Positions 20,892 through 31,082 of a DNA stretch of 64,000 nt are shown here, in pieces. Under the pieces are notes generated by a model that made no database searches, had not been told where the DNA came from, and saw nothing but the letters and a program-made list of their open reading frames with translations. The DNA is from Candidatus Brocadiia bacterium (GTDB lineage Bacteria > Planctomycetota > Brocadiia > SM23-32). Within the stretch, counting starts at the first letter, position 1. Each line of letters starts with the position of its first letter. The stretch lies in assembly GCA_046538485.1 (NCBI GenBank), contig JBKHIT010000005.1, positions 1 to 64,000 of the forward strand, in the 5' to 3' direction. The position numbers and the translations under genes are program-made.

Positions 20892-22079
20892 CTATGCTTT
20901 TTCCATCTGTGTTTTTTGCCATGCGGTCTCCGTTCGCAGGTAGAGCGTGCATTCTCCGTTTGTCTCGCACCATCGTATTTCTCCCGGTTTACCTTCCTCA
21001 TCTGACGGCGGTTCCGGGGAAGCACTGCCGATATTGATTTTGTCTCCCGCAATTTCGAGGGGCGGGATGTAGCTTTTGCCACCCGTATCCGAGGGAATCC
21101 GATTCTGTTTGCCGCCGCGTACGTGTTCGGTATAGAGATTTCCCAGCACCGTGGCGCCCTCCATTGAACCTTTGTAAGCCTCTTGAATCGGCACATTTTC
21201 CCGGGCGTTGTGGAAATTACCAAGGTACGTACAGTGTGTGCCCGCGGGACCGACTTCGAATCCGGCGAGATCCTCCGGGGTGCTGTAACGGTCGTGTGTT
21301 TGCATGAAGTTGCCGATGAACCGCTGGAAAGGCGCATTTACGTAGAATGCCGTGCCATCGTAAGCGTCGGCCTGACACTGCGAATACATGTCGTGCCATC
21401 CCGCTGCGTTGAAAGCGCATTTCAGGGGGCGGTTGGCTCCGTTCCACACGTGGACCTGGTGAAATCCGGTGCTGGATGCGGTGGCGTGGACGCCGGTTTC
21501 GTAACCGATCACAAGCACCTGGCTGACATGGCTATCGCTGACACGTTCGATCTTCAATCCCACGCTTCCGGGCATGTGGGGACAGTCGAAATCGAGGGCG
21601 ATTCGAACGCTTCTCAAGGTGGCTTCGTACCAGCCTTCCTCTCCGAGATGAATACCGCCGGCCCGGGCGTTATGGACTTCGATATCGTGGATGGAATAAC
21701 GGCAACCCCACGGAATGCTGATTCCCAGGATTTCATTCCCTCCGGCGTCAATGATCCCACCGCAGATTTGTCCCCCGTAATCGTGGTAACTGTGGTCATC
21801 ACCGAGACCGTCCGGTTTGCCATCTTCTCCTTTCAAGACCACCGCGGGTCCTTCGAAATCCTGGCTCGCCAGAATTCTGGCACTTGGAGCCATGTTGAGA
21901 GACATGCTGTGTCCCAGCCGGATCGGACGACTGACTTCAAACACTCCATCGGGGACGTGTATTGTGCCGTAGCGAGTCCTCTGAAGCGATGAAACGGCCC
22001 TCTCAAAAGCATCCGCATTGTCAGACTTGCCATCCCCAGCGGCCTCAAAACCTGTCACATCTACGCCTTTGCATTTCAT
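20892..22079 (-). CDS. right-handed beta-helix protein (Pectate_lyase_3/GH28-related)
   Basis: Start refined to MKCKG. VDVTGFEAAGDGKSDNADAFERA..TIHVPDGVFEVS N-terminal signature and beta-helix-like repeats. No signal peptide. Confidence 0.75.
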   Translation of the reverse strand: MKCKGVDVTGFEAAGDGKSDNADAFERAVSSLQRTRYGTIHVPDGVFEVSRPIRLGHSMSLNMAPSARILASQDFEGPAVVLKGEDGKPDGLGDDHSYHDYGGQICGGIIDAGGNEILGISIPWGCRYSIHDIEVHNARAGGIHLGEEGWYEATLRSVRIALDFDCPHMPGSVGLKIERVSDSHVSQVLVIGYETGVHATASSTGFHQVHVWNGANRPLKCAFNAAGWHDMYSQCQADAYDGTAFYVNAPFQRFIGNFMQTHDRYSTPEDLAGFEVGPAGTHCTYLGNFHNARENVPIQEAYKGSMEGATVLGNLYTEHVRGGKQNRIPSDTGGKSYIPPLEIAGDKINIGSASPEPPSDEEGKPGEIRWCETNGECTLYLRTETAWQKTQMEKA

Positions 22080-22175
22080 GAAGGGACCTTTCTTGGCCGT
22101 CAACGCAAATTGGTTTTTACCCGGTAGTTTAAAGTGGTAATGGATTTTTAGCAATGTTATGGTAACCGAATGATA

Positions 22176-22338
22176 TTAGCCCGGAGATTTCAAGCGTCGC
22201 TCCCGGAGGGTGAATCCTTTCTTTTGAGCCGAAGTACACCCTGTGCCAATGAGAGATGTCGAAAAACTGCACCTAAGTCCCTCTCATGCATGTCGTTATA
22301 ACAATTATGCCGTTGGATTCATGAAATATCCGGGTTAA
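22176..22338. mobile_element. MITE (family D) with TARCCCGG.ATTTCA terminal inverted repeats
   Basis: ttagcccggagatttca ... tgaaatatccgggttaa with TTA/TAA flanks. The right 65 bp is colinear with 28934-28998. Confidence 0.7.
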
Positions 22339-22377
22339 GGTAGTCATCCTGGTTCTTTCCCTTTTCGAAGGGGGTAT

Positions 22378-22406
22378 TTGACAGCTCATGAATCCGTTAG
22401 TATTTT
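22378..22406 (+). promoter_or_regulatory. putative sigma70 promoter for GT2-SLC13
   Basis: TTGACA-N17-TATTTT. Confidence 0.5.
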
Positions 22407-22550
22407 GTGATAGATAAGGCCGTGGACGCCAGAACCGATCGTGTATAGCCTATCAACATGCAGATTGGGATGGCATGCAAATCATGAGTTCTCCTATGTT
22501 GGCTATGATTTGATCAGCCAACCTGGTCTCCCAAAGGAGGAGTTGCCTTC

Positions 22551-23393
22551 GTGCGGATCTCAGTGCTCATTACAACGTTCAATCGCGCCAGGTTGTTACG
22601 CCTTTGCCTGCTGGGCTATCTCCGGCAGAACCAACAGGGCTTTGAGATAATTATCAGCGATGACGGTTCGACTGACGCTACTCAGGATGTCGTCGAGGAG
22701 TTTCAGGAACAAGCTCCCTTTCCCGTAACTTACATTTGGCGTGAGCATCGGGATCATCGCCGCGCCGAAGTTATTAACCGGGCAATTGCCGCGAGTCAGT
22801 ACGAATGGTTGGTTTTCAGTGATAGTGATTCGATTCCGCACCAGGATATGGTCCGCAATCACAGGCGTCATGCTGATTCTGAACGCCTGCTTTGCGGTGG
22901 ACGCATCAGATTGAATCGAGAGGTGACGGAAAAGCTTACTCCGCAAAGTATATTACAGGGGGCTCATGAAGAATACCTTACCGGGCAGGAAAAATTGCTC
23001 CTATGGAAACGACATCTCAAGAACCTATTCTACATTGCTATCCGAAAAGAACGACGTCCCCACAATTACGGCCTCAACATGTCATGTTCGAAGGAAGCTA
23101 TGATACGGATTAATGGGTACGATCATAACTTTATTGGTTGGGGCAATGCAGACGGGAATGTCCGTGACAGAATGCGCATGCTGGGAATCGAGCCCAAAAG
23201 TATTGTTCCCTGGGCGCCGGTCTTTCATCAGTGGCATCCGACGGATCCCACTCGTGCACAAAGACGAAATTTATCATATGCGAGGCGAGACGATATATCT
23301 GCAAAGTGCGAAAACGGACTCGATTCGCTGCAGGGGGAAGATTTCTGGCACCTGGACTTAAAATCAAGAGGGCTCGGTAACCGTGCGCCGTGA
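22551..23393 (+). CDS. glycosyltransferase family 2 (with GT7-C-like region)
   Basis: ISVLITTFNR, EIIISDDGSTD, VFSDSDSIP (DxD), INGYDHNFIGWG, FHQWH. AGGAGG RBS. Confidence 0.92.
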   Translation: MRISVLITTFNRARLLRLCLLGYLRQNQQGFEIIISDDGSTDATQDVVEEFQEQAPFPVTYIWREHRDHRRAEVINRAIAASQYEWLVFSDSDSIPHQDMVRNHRRHADSERLLCGGRIRLNREVTEKLTPQSILQGAHEEYLTGQEKLLLWKRHLKNLFYIAIRKERRPHNYGLNMSCSKEAMIRINGYDHNFIGWGNADGNVRDRMRMLGIEPKSIVPWAPVFHQWHPTDPTRAQRRNLSYARRDDISAKCENGLDSLQGEDFWHLDLKSRGLGNRAP

Positions 23394-23464
23394 CAGGAAG
23401 TAGCAAAGGGCGTACTTCATAGTTTTTTCGGATCCTGCCACTTGTTACCTGGGAGTAAGGAAAT

Positions 23465-25438
23465 ATGCGAAAGCCTTTCCTCGTTATTCTGCTATTGACT
23501 CTGATCTTTCTTTGCCTGGAGAAAAAGATCAGTGCTGCAGAGACAAGCGATGAATCGGCTTCGACTCGCCAAAAGATGCAAGCGGCAAAGGTCGTTGATC
23601 GCCCCGGAGGAGAAGAGGAGGTGCCCGATGAGGGCGGAGAGCTTACTTCCGGGGCGACTGTTACGCTCTCAATCATTGCCGTTATTATCGTTCTTTTCCT
23701 ACTGGAACCGGTGCCACTTTTTGTCATGGCCGTTGGAATTCCCGTTTTGCTCGCGGCGCTTGAACCGTGGACCAAAGTCGGTCCTTCGGAAGCCATTTCG
23801 GGTTTTTCCAGTCAGGCAACCATCACTATTTTGGCAATGTTCGTATTGAGTGAAGGTATTCGCCGAACAGGACTTATCCAGATTATTGGAGAAAAAATTT
23901 CCAATATCTCCGGTTCGAGCATCGTCCGCCAGGTGGCGACAATTTCCGGTCTTTCCGGCCCGATAGCGGGAATTATCAATAACACCCCCGTCGTCGCTAT
24001 TTTCATCCCGATGGTCTCCAACCTGGCGCGGAAAGTTAAGACCTCGCCCTCAAAACTTATGATACCTCTGTCTTATGCCTCGATGATGGGCGGAACCTTA
24101 ACGCTGATCGGCAGTTCGACGAATCTGTTGGCCAGCGATATCTCGGAAAGGCTTTTGGGGCACCCTTTCTCGTTTTTTGAGTTCACGGGGGTCGGTCTCA
24201 TCATCCTCGGCGTCGGAGTTTTCTATCTTGTTATTGTCGGCCACCATCTTCTTCCAGAACGCCTGGACCCGGAAGTCGATCTCGCCGAAGAATATGAGAT
24301 GGGAGAATTCCTGACCGAGCTGATACTTCAGAAAGATTCACGATTTGTCGGGACGAATGTGAAAGATATGCTGACCCATTTCGACTTCGATCTCGAACTT
24401 GTCCAGATAATCCGGGGCGACGAGAAACTGATGGAACCATTCCAGGACCGGCCACTCGAGGAAAAAGACCGCCTGGTTATGCGCACCAACCGGCGAAACC
24501 TGCTGAAACTCCTCGACGTGCCGGGCCTCGAGTTGTTCTCTGAAAAAAGGGTGTCGGAAAAAAAACTCGAGGAAAAGACGAAAGGCCAGACCGTTATCCA
24601 GACGGTTGTGCCGCGGGGCTCTTTTCTGGAAGGAGAAACCCTCGAAGACGTGAACTTCCTCGAACGCTACGATGCAACCCTGCTGGCGGTCCGCCGCGGC
24701 GAAAGTCTATCACACGCCAGACTCGAGCAAATTGCTCTCCAGGCCGGTGATATCCTGCTCCTGCTCTCAACCGGACGAACTCTCAAGAGGCTCCGGGCGA
24801 ATGCCAATTTCATCGTCGTGGAGAAAATCGATCCATCCGAATACAGGCGCAGCAAAACCGGGCTCGTCCTGGGAATTCTCGCCGGAGTCATTCTGCTGGC
24901 GGTTTTTAATATCACATCAATTGTGATTTCAGCGCTCGGCGGAGCCCTGCTCATGTGCGTCACCGGCTGCGTCAATCCAAACGAACTTCACGAGTCGGTG
25001 GACTGGGAAGTGATATTCCTGCTCGCAGGGTTGATCCCGCTGGGGCTGGCCATGGAAAAGTCGGGGGGAGCGCAGTTCATCGCCTTCAACACACTCAAGA
25101 TGGCCCATTATCTGCCACCGCTCGGGGTCCTCGCCTTGTTCTATTTTGTCACCGCCTGCCTCACAAATCTCATTCATAAAAATGCCAGCATCGTGCTGAT
25201 GATTCCAATAGCTGTGAAAGCTGCATCGGGGCTGGGCCTCGAACCGTTCCCGTTCGTGATCACCGTTATGATGGCCGGTAGCACCGCGTTCCTGACCCCG
25301 GTCGGAAACCATACCAATCTGATGGTATATGGGCCGGGCGGATACCGGTTCGGAGATTTCTTCAAAATCGGCGCCCCGCTCCAGCTGCTGCTGGTAATCG
25401 TTACTCCCCTCGCCGTGTCCCTGTTCTGGGCGCTATAG
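23465..25438 (+). CDS. SLC13/DASS family permease with TrkA-C domains
   Basis: SGFSS, INNTPVVAIFIP, GGTLTLIGSSTNL, TPVGNHTNLMVYGPGGYRFGDF and two RCK-C domains. Confidence 0.92.
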   Translation: MRKPFLVILLLTLIFLCLEKKISAAETSDESASTRQKMQAAKVVDRPGGEEEVPDEGGELTSGATVTLSIIAVIIVLFLLEPVPLFVMAVGIPVLLAALEPWTKVGPSEAISGFSSQATITILAMFVLSEGIRRTGLIQIIGEKISNISGSSIVRQVATISGLSGPIAGIINNTPVVAIFIPMVSNLARKVKTSPSKLMIPLSYASMMGGTLTLIGSSTNLLASDISERLLGHPFSFFEFTGVGLIILGVGVFYLVIVGHHLLPERLDPEVDLAEEYEMGEFLTELILQKDSRFVGTNVKDMLTHFDFDLELVQIIRGDEKLMEPFQDRPLEEKDRLVMRTNRRNLLKLLDVPGLELFSEKRVSEKKLEEKTKGQTVIQTVVPRGSFLEGETLEDVNFLERYDATLLAVRRGESLSHARLEQIALQAGDILLLLSTGRTLKRLRANANFIVVEKIDPSEYRRSKTGLVLGILAGVILLAVFNITSIVISALGGALLMCVTGCVNPNELHESVDWEVIFLLAGLIPLGLAMEKSGGAQFIAFNTLKMAHYLPPLGVLALFYFVTACLTNLIHKNASIVLMIPIAVKAASGLGLEPFPFVITVMMAGSTAFLTPVGNHTNLMVYGPGGYRFGDFFKIGAPLQLLLVIVTPLAVSLFWAL

Positions 25439-25509
25439 TTAACTTTCCTTTATGGCGCCGATTGGTGAGCCAGGAGGGCATCACTGTTGATTTGACCGAA
25501 GGAAACGTC

Positions 25510-25617
25510 CACAGGCTGAGAGCCTGTGTTAAAGGGGTAATTTAAATTCGCCGGAATCGGCCGACAAACTCATGTGGCACAGCCTCTCCAGGCTGTGGAT
25601 CGGGTCGTCAGGCCCGA
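25510..25617. repeat. family B REP pair between convergent SLC13 and copA
   Basis: cacaggctgagagcctgtg (25510-25528) and gtggcacagcctctccaggctgtg (25574-25597), followed by the inverted gggtcgt..cccg spacer. Confidence 0.8.
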
Positions 25618-25720
25618 AGCCGTCATCTCTCTGGCTTTGCACTTCGAGGCAACCCCCGTTGTTACCAGAAGGCAGCAACGCTGAGTCCCTTCCGTCTCTT
25701 CCCAATACGGCACACGGAGC

Positions 25721-28366
25721 TCAACCCTCATAATCCGGCCGGATGTTGGCTTTCTGAAGCAAACTGGAGTTCGATACCACGCTCACCGAACTGAACGCCA
25801 TCGCGGCCTCGGCTATGGCCGGGTGGAGCAATCCGAGCATCGCCACCGGAATCGCCACCATGTTGTAACCGAATGCCCAGAACAGGTTCTGCTTGATTTT
25901 CCGGAACGTGGCCCGGCTCAGTTTCACCCCGCTCACCACCGCGCTCAGCTCGCCTCGCACCAGTGTGATGTCGGCGCTCTCGATGGCGATGTCGGTCCCT
26001 GAACCGATCGCGATACCGACGTCAGCCTGGGTCAGGGCCGGGGCGTCGTTGATACCGTCCCCGACCATCGCGACCATACCCACCTCGTCCTGCAGACGTC
26101 GAATCTCAGCGGTTTTTTCATCCGGCAGAACCTCCGCCAGCACGCGGTCGATGCCCACTTTGTCGGCGATCGCTCGCCCCGTGCGTTCGTTATCGCCGGT
26201 GATCATGGCCACCTCGAACCCCATATCCTGTAGTTCGCGGATGGCGGGCGCGGAGTTTTCTTTCAGAGTGTCGGCCAGGCCCACTGCTCCGATCGCCTTG
26301 CCCCCGACGCTGACCAGCATGCTGGTGGCGCCGCTTTCCTGCAGCTCAGCTACGATGTCAGAAAGAGCGCTGAAATCGACTCCTTGTTCTTCCAGAAGCG
26401 TGCCCGTGCCCACCAGAACCGACTGGCCATCGATCGTGCCGCGAATCCCTTTGCCTGTGACGGCTTCAAAATCGCTGACCTCCCTCAGATCCAAATCCCG
26501 GGACTCGGCTTCCTGAAGAACCGCCCGGGCCAGGGGGTGTTCGGAATTTTGCTCCAGGGAGGCGGCCCAACGCAACAACTCCTCTTCGCCGGCCCCCTCG
26601 ACCGGTTCGATGTCCGTTACCTCCGGCTCGCCTTTTGTAATCGTGCCGGTCTTATCGAAGACGATCGTATGGACGTCTTTCATGGCCTGGATGGCTTCTC
26701 CGGACCGGATGAGGATTCCGTTCTGGGCGCCCATGCCGCTGCCCACCATCAGCGCGGTTGGGGTGGCGAGGCCCAGAGCGCAGGGACAGGCGATGACCAT
26801 GACGGCCATTGCGGCGAAGATTGCCAGAGTAATCACGCTGACCTGTTCCGGATTCGGCACCCAGCGCAATACCGGTCGAACGGCCGTGGTGATGCTGTGA
26901 AAAACGCCGGGGAACAACATCCACAGCGCAAAAGTGACAATCGAAAGTCCTACAACCGTCGGCACGAAATAGGCCGTTACTTTGTCGGCAAACCCCTGGA
27001 TGGGCACGCGCGTGCCCTGGGCTTCCTGGACCATCCGAACCACCTGGGACAGGAAGGTGTCTTTGCCGACTTTGGTGGCACGCACTTTGAGCGCGCCCTG
27101 CTGGTTGATGGTGGAACCGATGACTTCATCGCCTTCTTCTTTCGCGACAGGTATCGATTCACCGGTCGCCATGCTTTCGTCCACCGCGCTCTCCCCGTCG
27201 ACCACCTCACCGTCGGTAGGGATTTTCTCCCCCGGACGCACCATCATCACGTCGCCGACTTCGACCTCGTCGATGGGGATCTCTTTTTCCTGGCCGTCCT
27301 CGATGATCCGGGCCGTTTTTGCTTCCATCTCGAGCAATTTACGGATAGCCTGGCTCGCGCGGCCCCGGGCTTTTGCCTCGACAAATCGGCCCGTGAGATG
27401 GAACGCCATGATCATGGCGCCGACGCCCGCGTAGTTGAACACCTGGAACCCGGCCAGACTGAAGGGGCCGGTTAGAAACGCCGATCCGCTCCCGAGCATG
27501 ATCAATACATCCATGTTGGCGTTGAGATGAAGCAGACTTTTCAGCGCGCTTTTGTAGGTTGAGAAACCCGCCACGGCGAGCACGGGAAGCGCCAGCCCGA
27601 CCATCAGCCACTCGTATCCGGGGGCGGTATACCACCCGAACATTTTGGGGATCATGAGGGCTATGATGGGACCGGTGATGGCCCAGGCGAGGATCATACG
27701 CCATTTTGCGCGTTGCATCTCCCGCACGGATTCTTCCCTTTCGGCGACTCCGTAACCGACGTCTTCCACGGCGCGGACAAGGTCGTCGCGATCCACCGCT
27801 TCCGGGTCGAACCGGACGGTTGCTTCTTCGGTGGCGAAGTTGACATTTGCTTCAGAGACACCTTCGATTCTGTTGAGGGATTTGGCGATGGCCTGAGCGC
27901 AGGACTGGCAACTCATGCCGACGATACTGAGAGTAATTTCGCCATGCTCCTCTCGCACGTCATATCCGGCTTCCCGCACCGCCTCCACCAGATTTTGGTG
28001 TTCGGCCTGTTCTGGATCGTATTCCACGTGTGCGGTATCGGTGGCGAAATTGACGTTGGCGCTCTCGACGCCCGCCAGGTTGTTGAGCGACTTCTCAATC
28101 GTCTGCGCGCAGCTCGCACAATGCATCCCGACCACAGGCAGGTCAATGGTGCGAAGCTCACCGGATTCCTTGTCTCCCTCCGTGTCTACGTACTCTTTTT
28201 CGCTGGTTTCCGGTTCAGTCCCTTCGCCCAGGAACATGTCGGGATCGCTAACGAACTCCTCTTTACAACGTTCGCTGCAGAAATAATATGTCTTCCCCCG
28301 GTATTCACTTTTCCCCGAGGCGTCTTCAGGATCGACTTCCATGTCGCAGACAGGATCAACAGGCAT
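25721..28366 (-). CDS. copA: Cu(I)-translocating P1B-type ATPase with YHS domain and two HMA domains
   Basis: DPVCDM..YYFCS (YHS), GMHCASC and [40 protein letters not shown] and MAFSS. Confidence 0.95.
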   Translation of the reverse strand: MPVDPVCDMEVDPEDASGKSEYRGKTYYFCSERCKEEFVSDPDMFLGEGTEPETSEKEYVDTEGDKESGELRTIDLPVVGMHCASCAQTIEKSLNNLAGVESANVNFATDTAHVEYDPEQAEHQNLVEAVREAGYDVREEHGEITLSIVGMSCQSCAQAIAKSLNRIEGVSEANVNFATEEATVRFDPEAVDRDDLVRAVEDVGYGVAEREESVREMQRAKWRMILAWAITGPIIALMIPKMFGWYTAPGYEWLMVGLALPVLAVAGFSTYKSALKSLLHLNANMDVLIMLGSGSAFLTGPFSLAGFQVFNYAGVGAMIMAFHLTGRFVEAKARGRASQAIRKLLEMEAKTARIIEDGQEKEIPIDEVEVGDVMMVRPGEKIPTDGEVVDGESAVDESMATGESIPVAKEEGDEVIGSTINQQGALKVRATKVGKDTFLSQVVRMVQEAQGTRVPIQGFADKVTAYFVPTVVGLSIVTFALWMLFPGVFHSITTAVRPVLRWVPNPEQVSVITLAIFAAMAVMVIACPCALGLATPTALMVGSGMGAQNGILIRSGEAIQAMKDVHTIVFDKTGTITKGEPEVTDIEPVEGAGEEELLRWAASLEQNSEHPLARAVLQEAESRDLDLREVSDFEAVTGKGIRGTIDGQSVLVGTGTLLEEQGVDFSALSDIVAELQESGATSMLVSVGGKAIGAVGLADTLKENSAPAIRELQDMGFEVAMITGDNERTGRAIADKVGIDRVLAEVLPDEKTAEIRRLQDEVGMVAMVGDGINDAPALTQADVGIAIGSGTDIAIESADITLVRGELSAVVSGVKLSRATFRKIKQNLFWAFGYNMVAIPVAMLGLLHPAIAEAAMAFSSVSVVSNSSLLQKANIRPDYEG

Positions 28367-28540
28367 GGTCAGTATGGCTCCTCATGTTTATTGTATGTTC
28401 TCACATTTTTACGGAATGTCAAATTTGCAAATCCTCGTCCATCTGAGACCAATGTGGATGACCGTCATCCGATACTTCATCGCCGAACACTATTGGGTCG
28501 GCCCATAGCATATTGTTACCTTGCAACGTGATGCAACAAT

Positions 28541-28598
28541 TAAGGGGCCTCTGAGAGGTGGCTGTCGTATCCCCTTTTCTAACAGCCACTTGCTATGG
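28541..28598. mobile_element. conserved 'left end' L1 of putative non-autonomous cassette 1
   Basis: taaggggcctctgagagg..tgtcgtatccc-N13-cacttgctatgg. Same blocks and same 13-nt spacing at 30616-30676. Confidence 0.55.
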
Positions 28599-28854
28599 CC
28601 GGACCCTATTACCCCTTTCGAGTCCATGATTCAAGGCCTGAATGCCGTTTTCGGACCTTTATTCCCGGAATTTGGTGGATAGTGTGTTTCAAAGGAGTAT
28701 TATCCGGCTCGCGTTGCCAACAATTCCGGTTGATCCGATCCCCGATGTGCTGCCGGCCCGCTTGCACCGTCGTCGCTGCTCTCTGGTTGTTTCGTCGTTA
28801 TCTCTCTCGCAACTCGCAACCATCCCTCGCTTTCCTCTGGTTCGGCCCGATATC

Positions 28855-28998
28855 CAGCCCCGATATCCACGCGCAGTGTTTGAAAAAGCGCTCAGTACAG
28901 GGCGTGTACAAATCATCATGGCAAAAGCCGTAGTAAGGCCAATTCCAGAAATGCTTTATAGTAATATCACTTCGGTATTCATGAAATATGCGGGTTAG
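28855..28998. mobile_element. MITE family D copy; its end supplies the TAA stop of the barrel gene
   Basis: taag.cc-N15-ttata..aat-N11-attcatgaaatat[g/c]cgggtta has identical spacing to 22274-22338. Left end (cagccccgatat) is degenerate. Confidence 0.65.
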
Positions 28999-29837
28999 AA
29001 ACGTAACGCAATCACTGCGTATGGACCATCGGAGGTCAGGTCGAGTTCCGTCTCATCAAACGACACACCGTAGTTGAACCGGCGGTACCCCACCCGGACA
29101 TCATAATTGGGATTAAGATTGAGTTGCAGGCCCGCCTCCAGGTCCGATGAGTCGAACTCCACGCCGGAACACGACCCTGTCATTCCACGGGCCTCTCCGT
29201 ACACCCCGATCCAGGGGATGGGAAAAAATTCAGCCCGCAGTCCCGGATACGGAATTGGAATCCACGCTTTCTCCGTAACCGTTTCTCCAGTCGTCTCATT
29301 GTCGATCCTCGCTTTAAAGTCAACTGCATTGACCTGAAGCATCGCAGCAATGGATACCATATCCGTCGATATAATGTCCTGCTTAAATCCAACCTCATAC
29401 GTATCCATACGCAGCAGGGAATCGATTTGATCCGACGCGGAAAACGTCTCTCCATCCACCGTAATATCGGTGTCTAACTGTGTGGTTTCCTCATATTCAA
29501 TTCCATAATACCCCAGGCGGACGGTTGAATCGGTCAACGGAAACTGAAGCTGAATTCGAGCCCGTCCATTCCGATCGTCCGACAGGTTTAGGGCCCCGCT
29601 CAGATCCACATCCGTATCCCCTTTATCCCGATTAAGCAGGAATGATCCATCGAGATTCGACGAGACCGGGCCGGCTTCGACCTGAATCCAGTAGTCCTTC
29701 GTTTCCGTTCGCTCAAACGGTTCGAACGGTTTGTAACCCGGATTTGCAACGGCCGGAAGCTGTAAGCCGAGCGTGAAAAACGCGGCAATACCCAAAATCA
29801 CACCTAACTTCTGTTCTATATTCATAGCATTCTCCAA
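28995..29837 (-). CDS. outer-membrane beta-barrel protein (TIGR04219-like)
   Basis: Signal peptide, alternating amphipathic strands, PIPYPGL, VGYR and C-terminal GPYAVIALRF beta-signal. An alternative start is 29825. Confidence 0.75.
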   Translation of the reverse strand: MENAMNIEQKLGVILGIAAFFTLGLQLPAVANPGYKPFEPFERTETKDYWIQVEAGPVSSNLDGSFLLNRDKGDTDVDLSGALNLSDDRNGRARIQLQFPLTDSTVRLGYYGIEYEETTQLDTDITVDGETFSASDQIDSLLRMDTYEVGFKQDIISTDMVSIAAMLQVNAVDFKARIDNETTGETVTEKAWIPIPYPGLRAEFFPIPWIGVYGEARGMTGSCSGVEFDSSDLEAGLQLNLNPNYDVRVGYRRFNYGVSFDETELDLTSDGPYAVIALRF

Positions 29838-30068
29838 AATGAAAAATGAACCAAATGCGAGATGAAGCAGTTGTTTTTTTTATTAGGCGCAATTCTATAT
29901 TTCAAATTTAACCGGTTCATTCTCGCAAGAAGAAGACGCTTCGTGCCGCGGTGATCCGATTCGATAAGTACAGTCGAAAACGGTGAGAATGTCTCCACCT
30001 TCTCCAGGTCGGCCCACATTTCCATAGCACAACATCCGTCGTCCCTGGTGATCTCATCGGCACACTTG

Positions 30069-30261
30069 AAAGGATAGGAGTTTACTTTTCTATCCCTTCG
30101 AGGCTCTTTATAGCATCTTCCTCAGGACAACGCAAACAAAGCTCCCGGGCGGTCAGTTTGTCCCCTTTGGGTTCTGCCGGCGGGGAGGGCCAGAGCGTGC
30201 CGCCATCCCCGCGAGATAAACTGGGGGGATCCGGCTGTTAAGTGGACTCTCAGAGGGCTTA
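30069..30261. mobile_element. conserved 'right end' R1 with inward (minus-strand) sigma70 promoter
   Basis: First ~115 bp is homologous to 37782-37897. Minus strand reads TTGCGT-N17-TATAAA. Ends in ctctcagagggctta, inverted relative to L1/L2. Confidence 0.55.
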
Positions 30262-30408
30262 GCCCGGGTTTCGCAGTTTAGGGACCATATTGCGGCGAGA
30301 AAACCTCTCCGGTCTTTTTCGCCGAAAAGTCTTCACTACATGTCTGTCACATCTAACCGTTCGGGGCGTTTTATGCCCAGATGATCCAACAAAATCTGCT
30401 GGTAGTCC

Positions 30409-30555
30409 TCAGGGCGTGTTACGCAGCGCTTGCGTACCTCGCAACTCTCGCCTTCCGCCGTCGAGAGCTTCTCCCGTACGCATAATGCTTCCATGCTCGC
30501 GAAAAATTGCCTTAGCCCGGTCGACCTTTTCCTCGGATGGTGTTGCGGTGGCCAT
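30409..30555 (-). pseudogene. truncated type IV TA AbiEi-like antitoxin N-terminus (48 aa, not in ORF track)
   Basis: Own translation MATATPSEEKVDRAKAIFREHGSIMRTGEAL.. resembles the AbiEi wHTH start. A long imperfect palindrome at 30556-30601 abuts the ATG. Confidence 0.55.
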
Positions 30556-30615
30556 GGATAATAATACCCTACATTAGCGACAAGTTAGGTATATTGTATC
30601 CCAACTAAACGCGGC

Positions 30616-30676
30616 TAAGCCCCTCTAAGAGGAGTTTTGTTGTCGTATCCCGTTCGCTGACGAACACTTGCTATGG
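30616..30676. mobile_element. conserved 'left end' L2 of putative non-autonomous cassette 2
   Basis: taagcccctctaagagg..tgtcgtatccc-N13-cacttgctatgg. Confidence 0.55.
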
Positions 30677-30801
30677 TACGTCCGCCTTTCTCCTCTATCA
30701 AAAACGGCGCTAAGACCTCTGGGTTTGCGCGATTGGGTTGGTACGGGTATGATTGAGCTTGTTATGCCACGAGCCAACAGATATCTACTGCCCGGTCACG
30801 C

Positions 30802-30970
30802 CTAACCCACATTTCTACCGAACCTAAAGGAGCCATTGTTATAAAGGGCGATACAGAAAGAGGTTATATTGTATTTCGTGCCCGAACTCAGCACACAATG
30901 TGTAATCTGTTTTTGAAGGCAACGGTTCGCTCAGCTGCAGCACTGGCGCCGCTTGAGAAAAGCGGGCTAA
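30802..30970. mobile_element. degenerate MITE family D copy (inverted)
   Basis: ctaacccacatttct ... agaaaagcgggctaa, similar length to 22176-22338, internal attgttataa is the reverse complement of ttataacaat in that copy. Confidence 0.45.
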
Positions 30971-31082
30971 GGGGGCAAAAACGCTTCTACCCCCTCTGAG
31001 CGACCCCCTCAAAGTTGTAAAAGTAGCATGAGCAAAGAGATGTTATTATCCGCCTCCTATATAACCCTCAGGAGACAAGCCA

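Noticed and set aside
28521..28536. TTGCA-acgtga-TGCAA palindrome upstream of copA as a copper operator
   Set aside because: Short, does not match the CueR, CsoR or CopY box consensus, and no regulator is nearby.
29822..30025. 67-aa ORF MEMWADLE.. as a transposase stub downstream of the R1 promoter
   Set aside because: Resemblance is too weak, and the sequence is not shared with the region downstream of R2.
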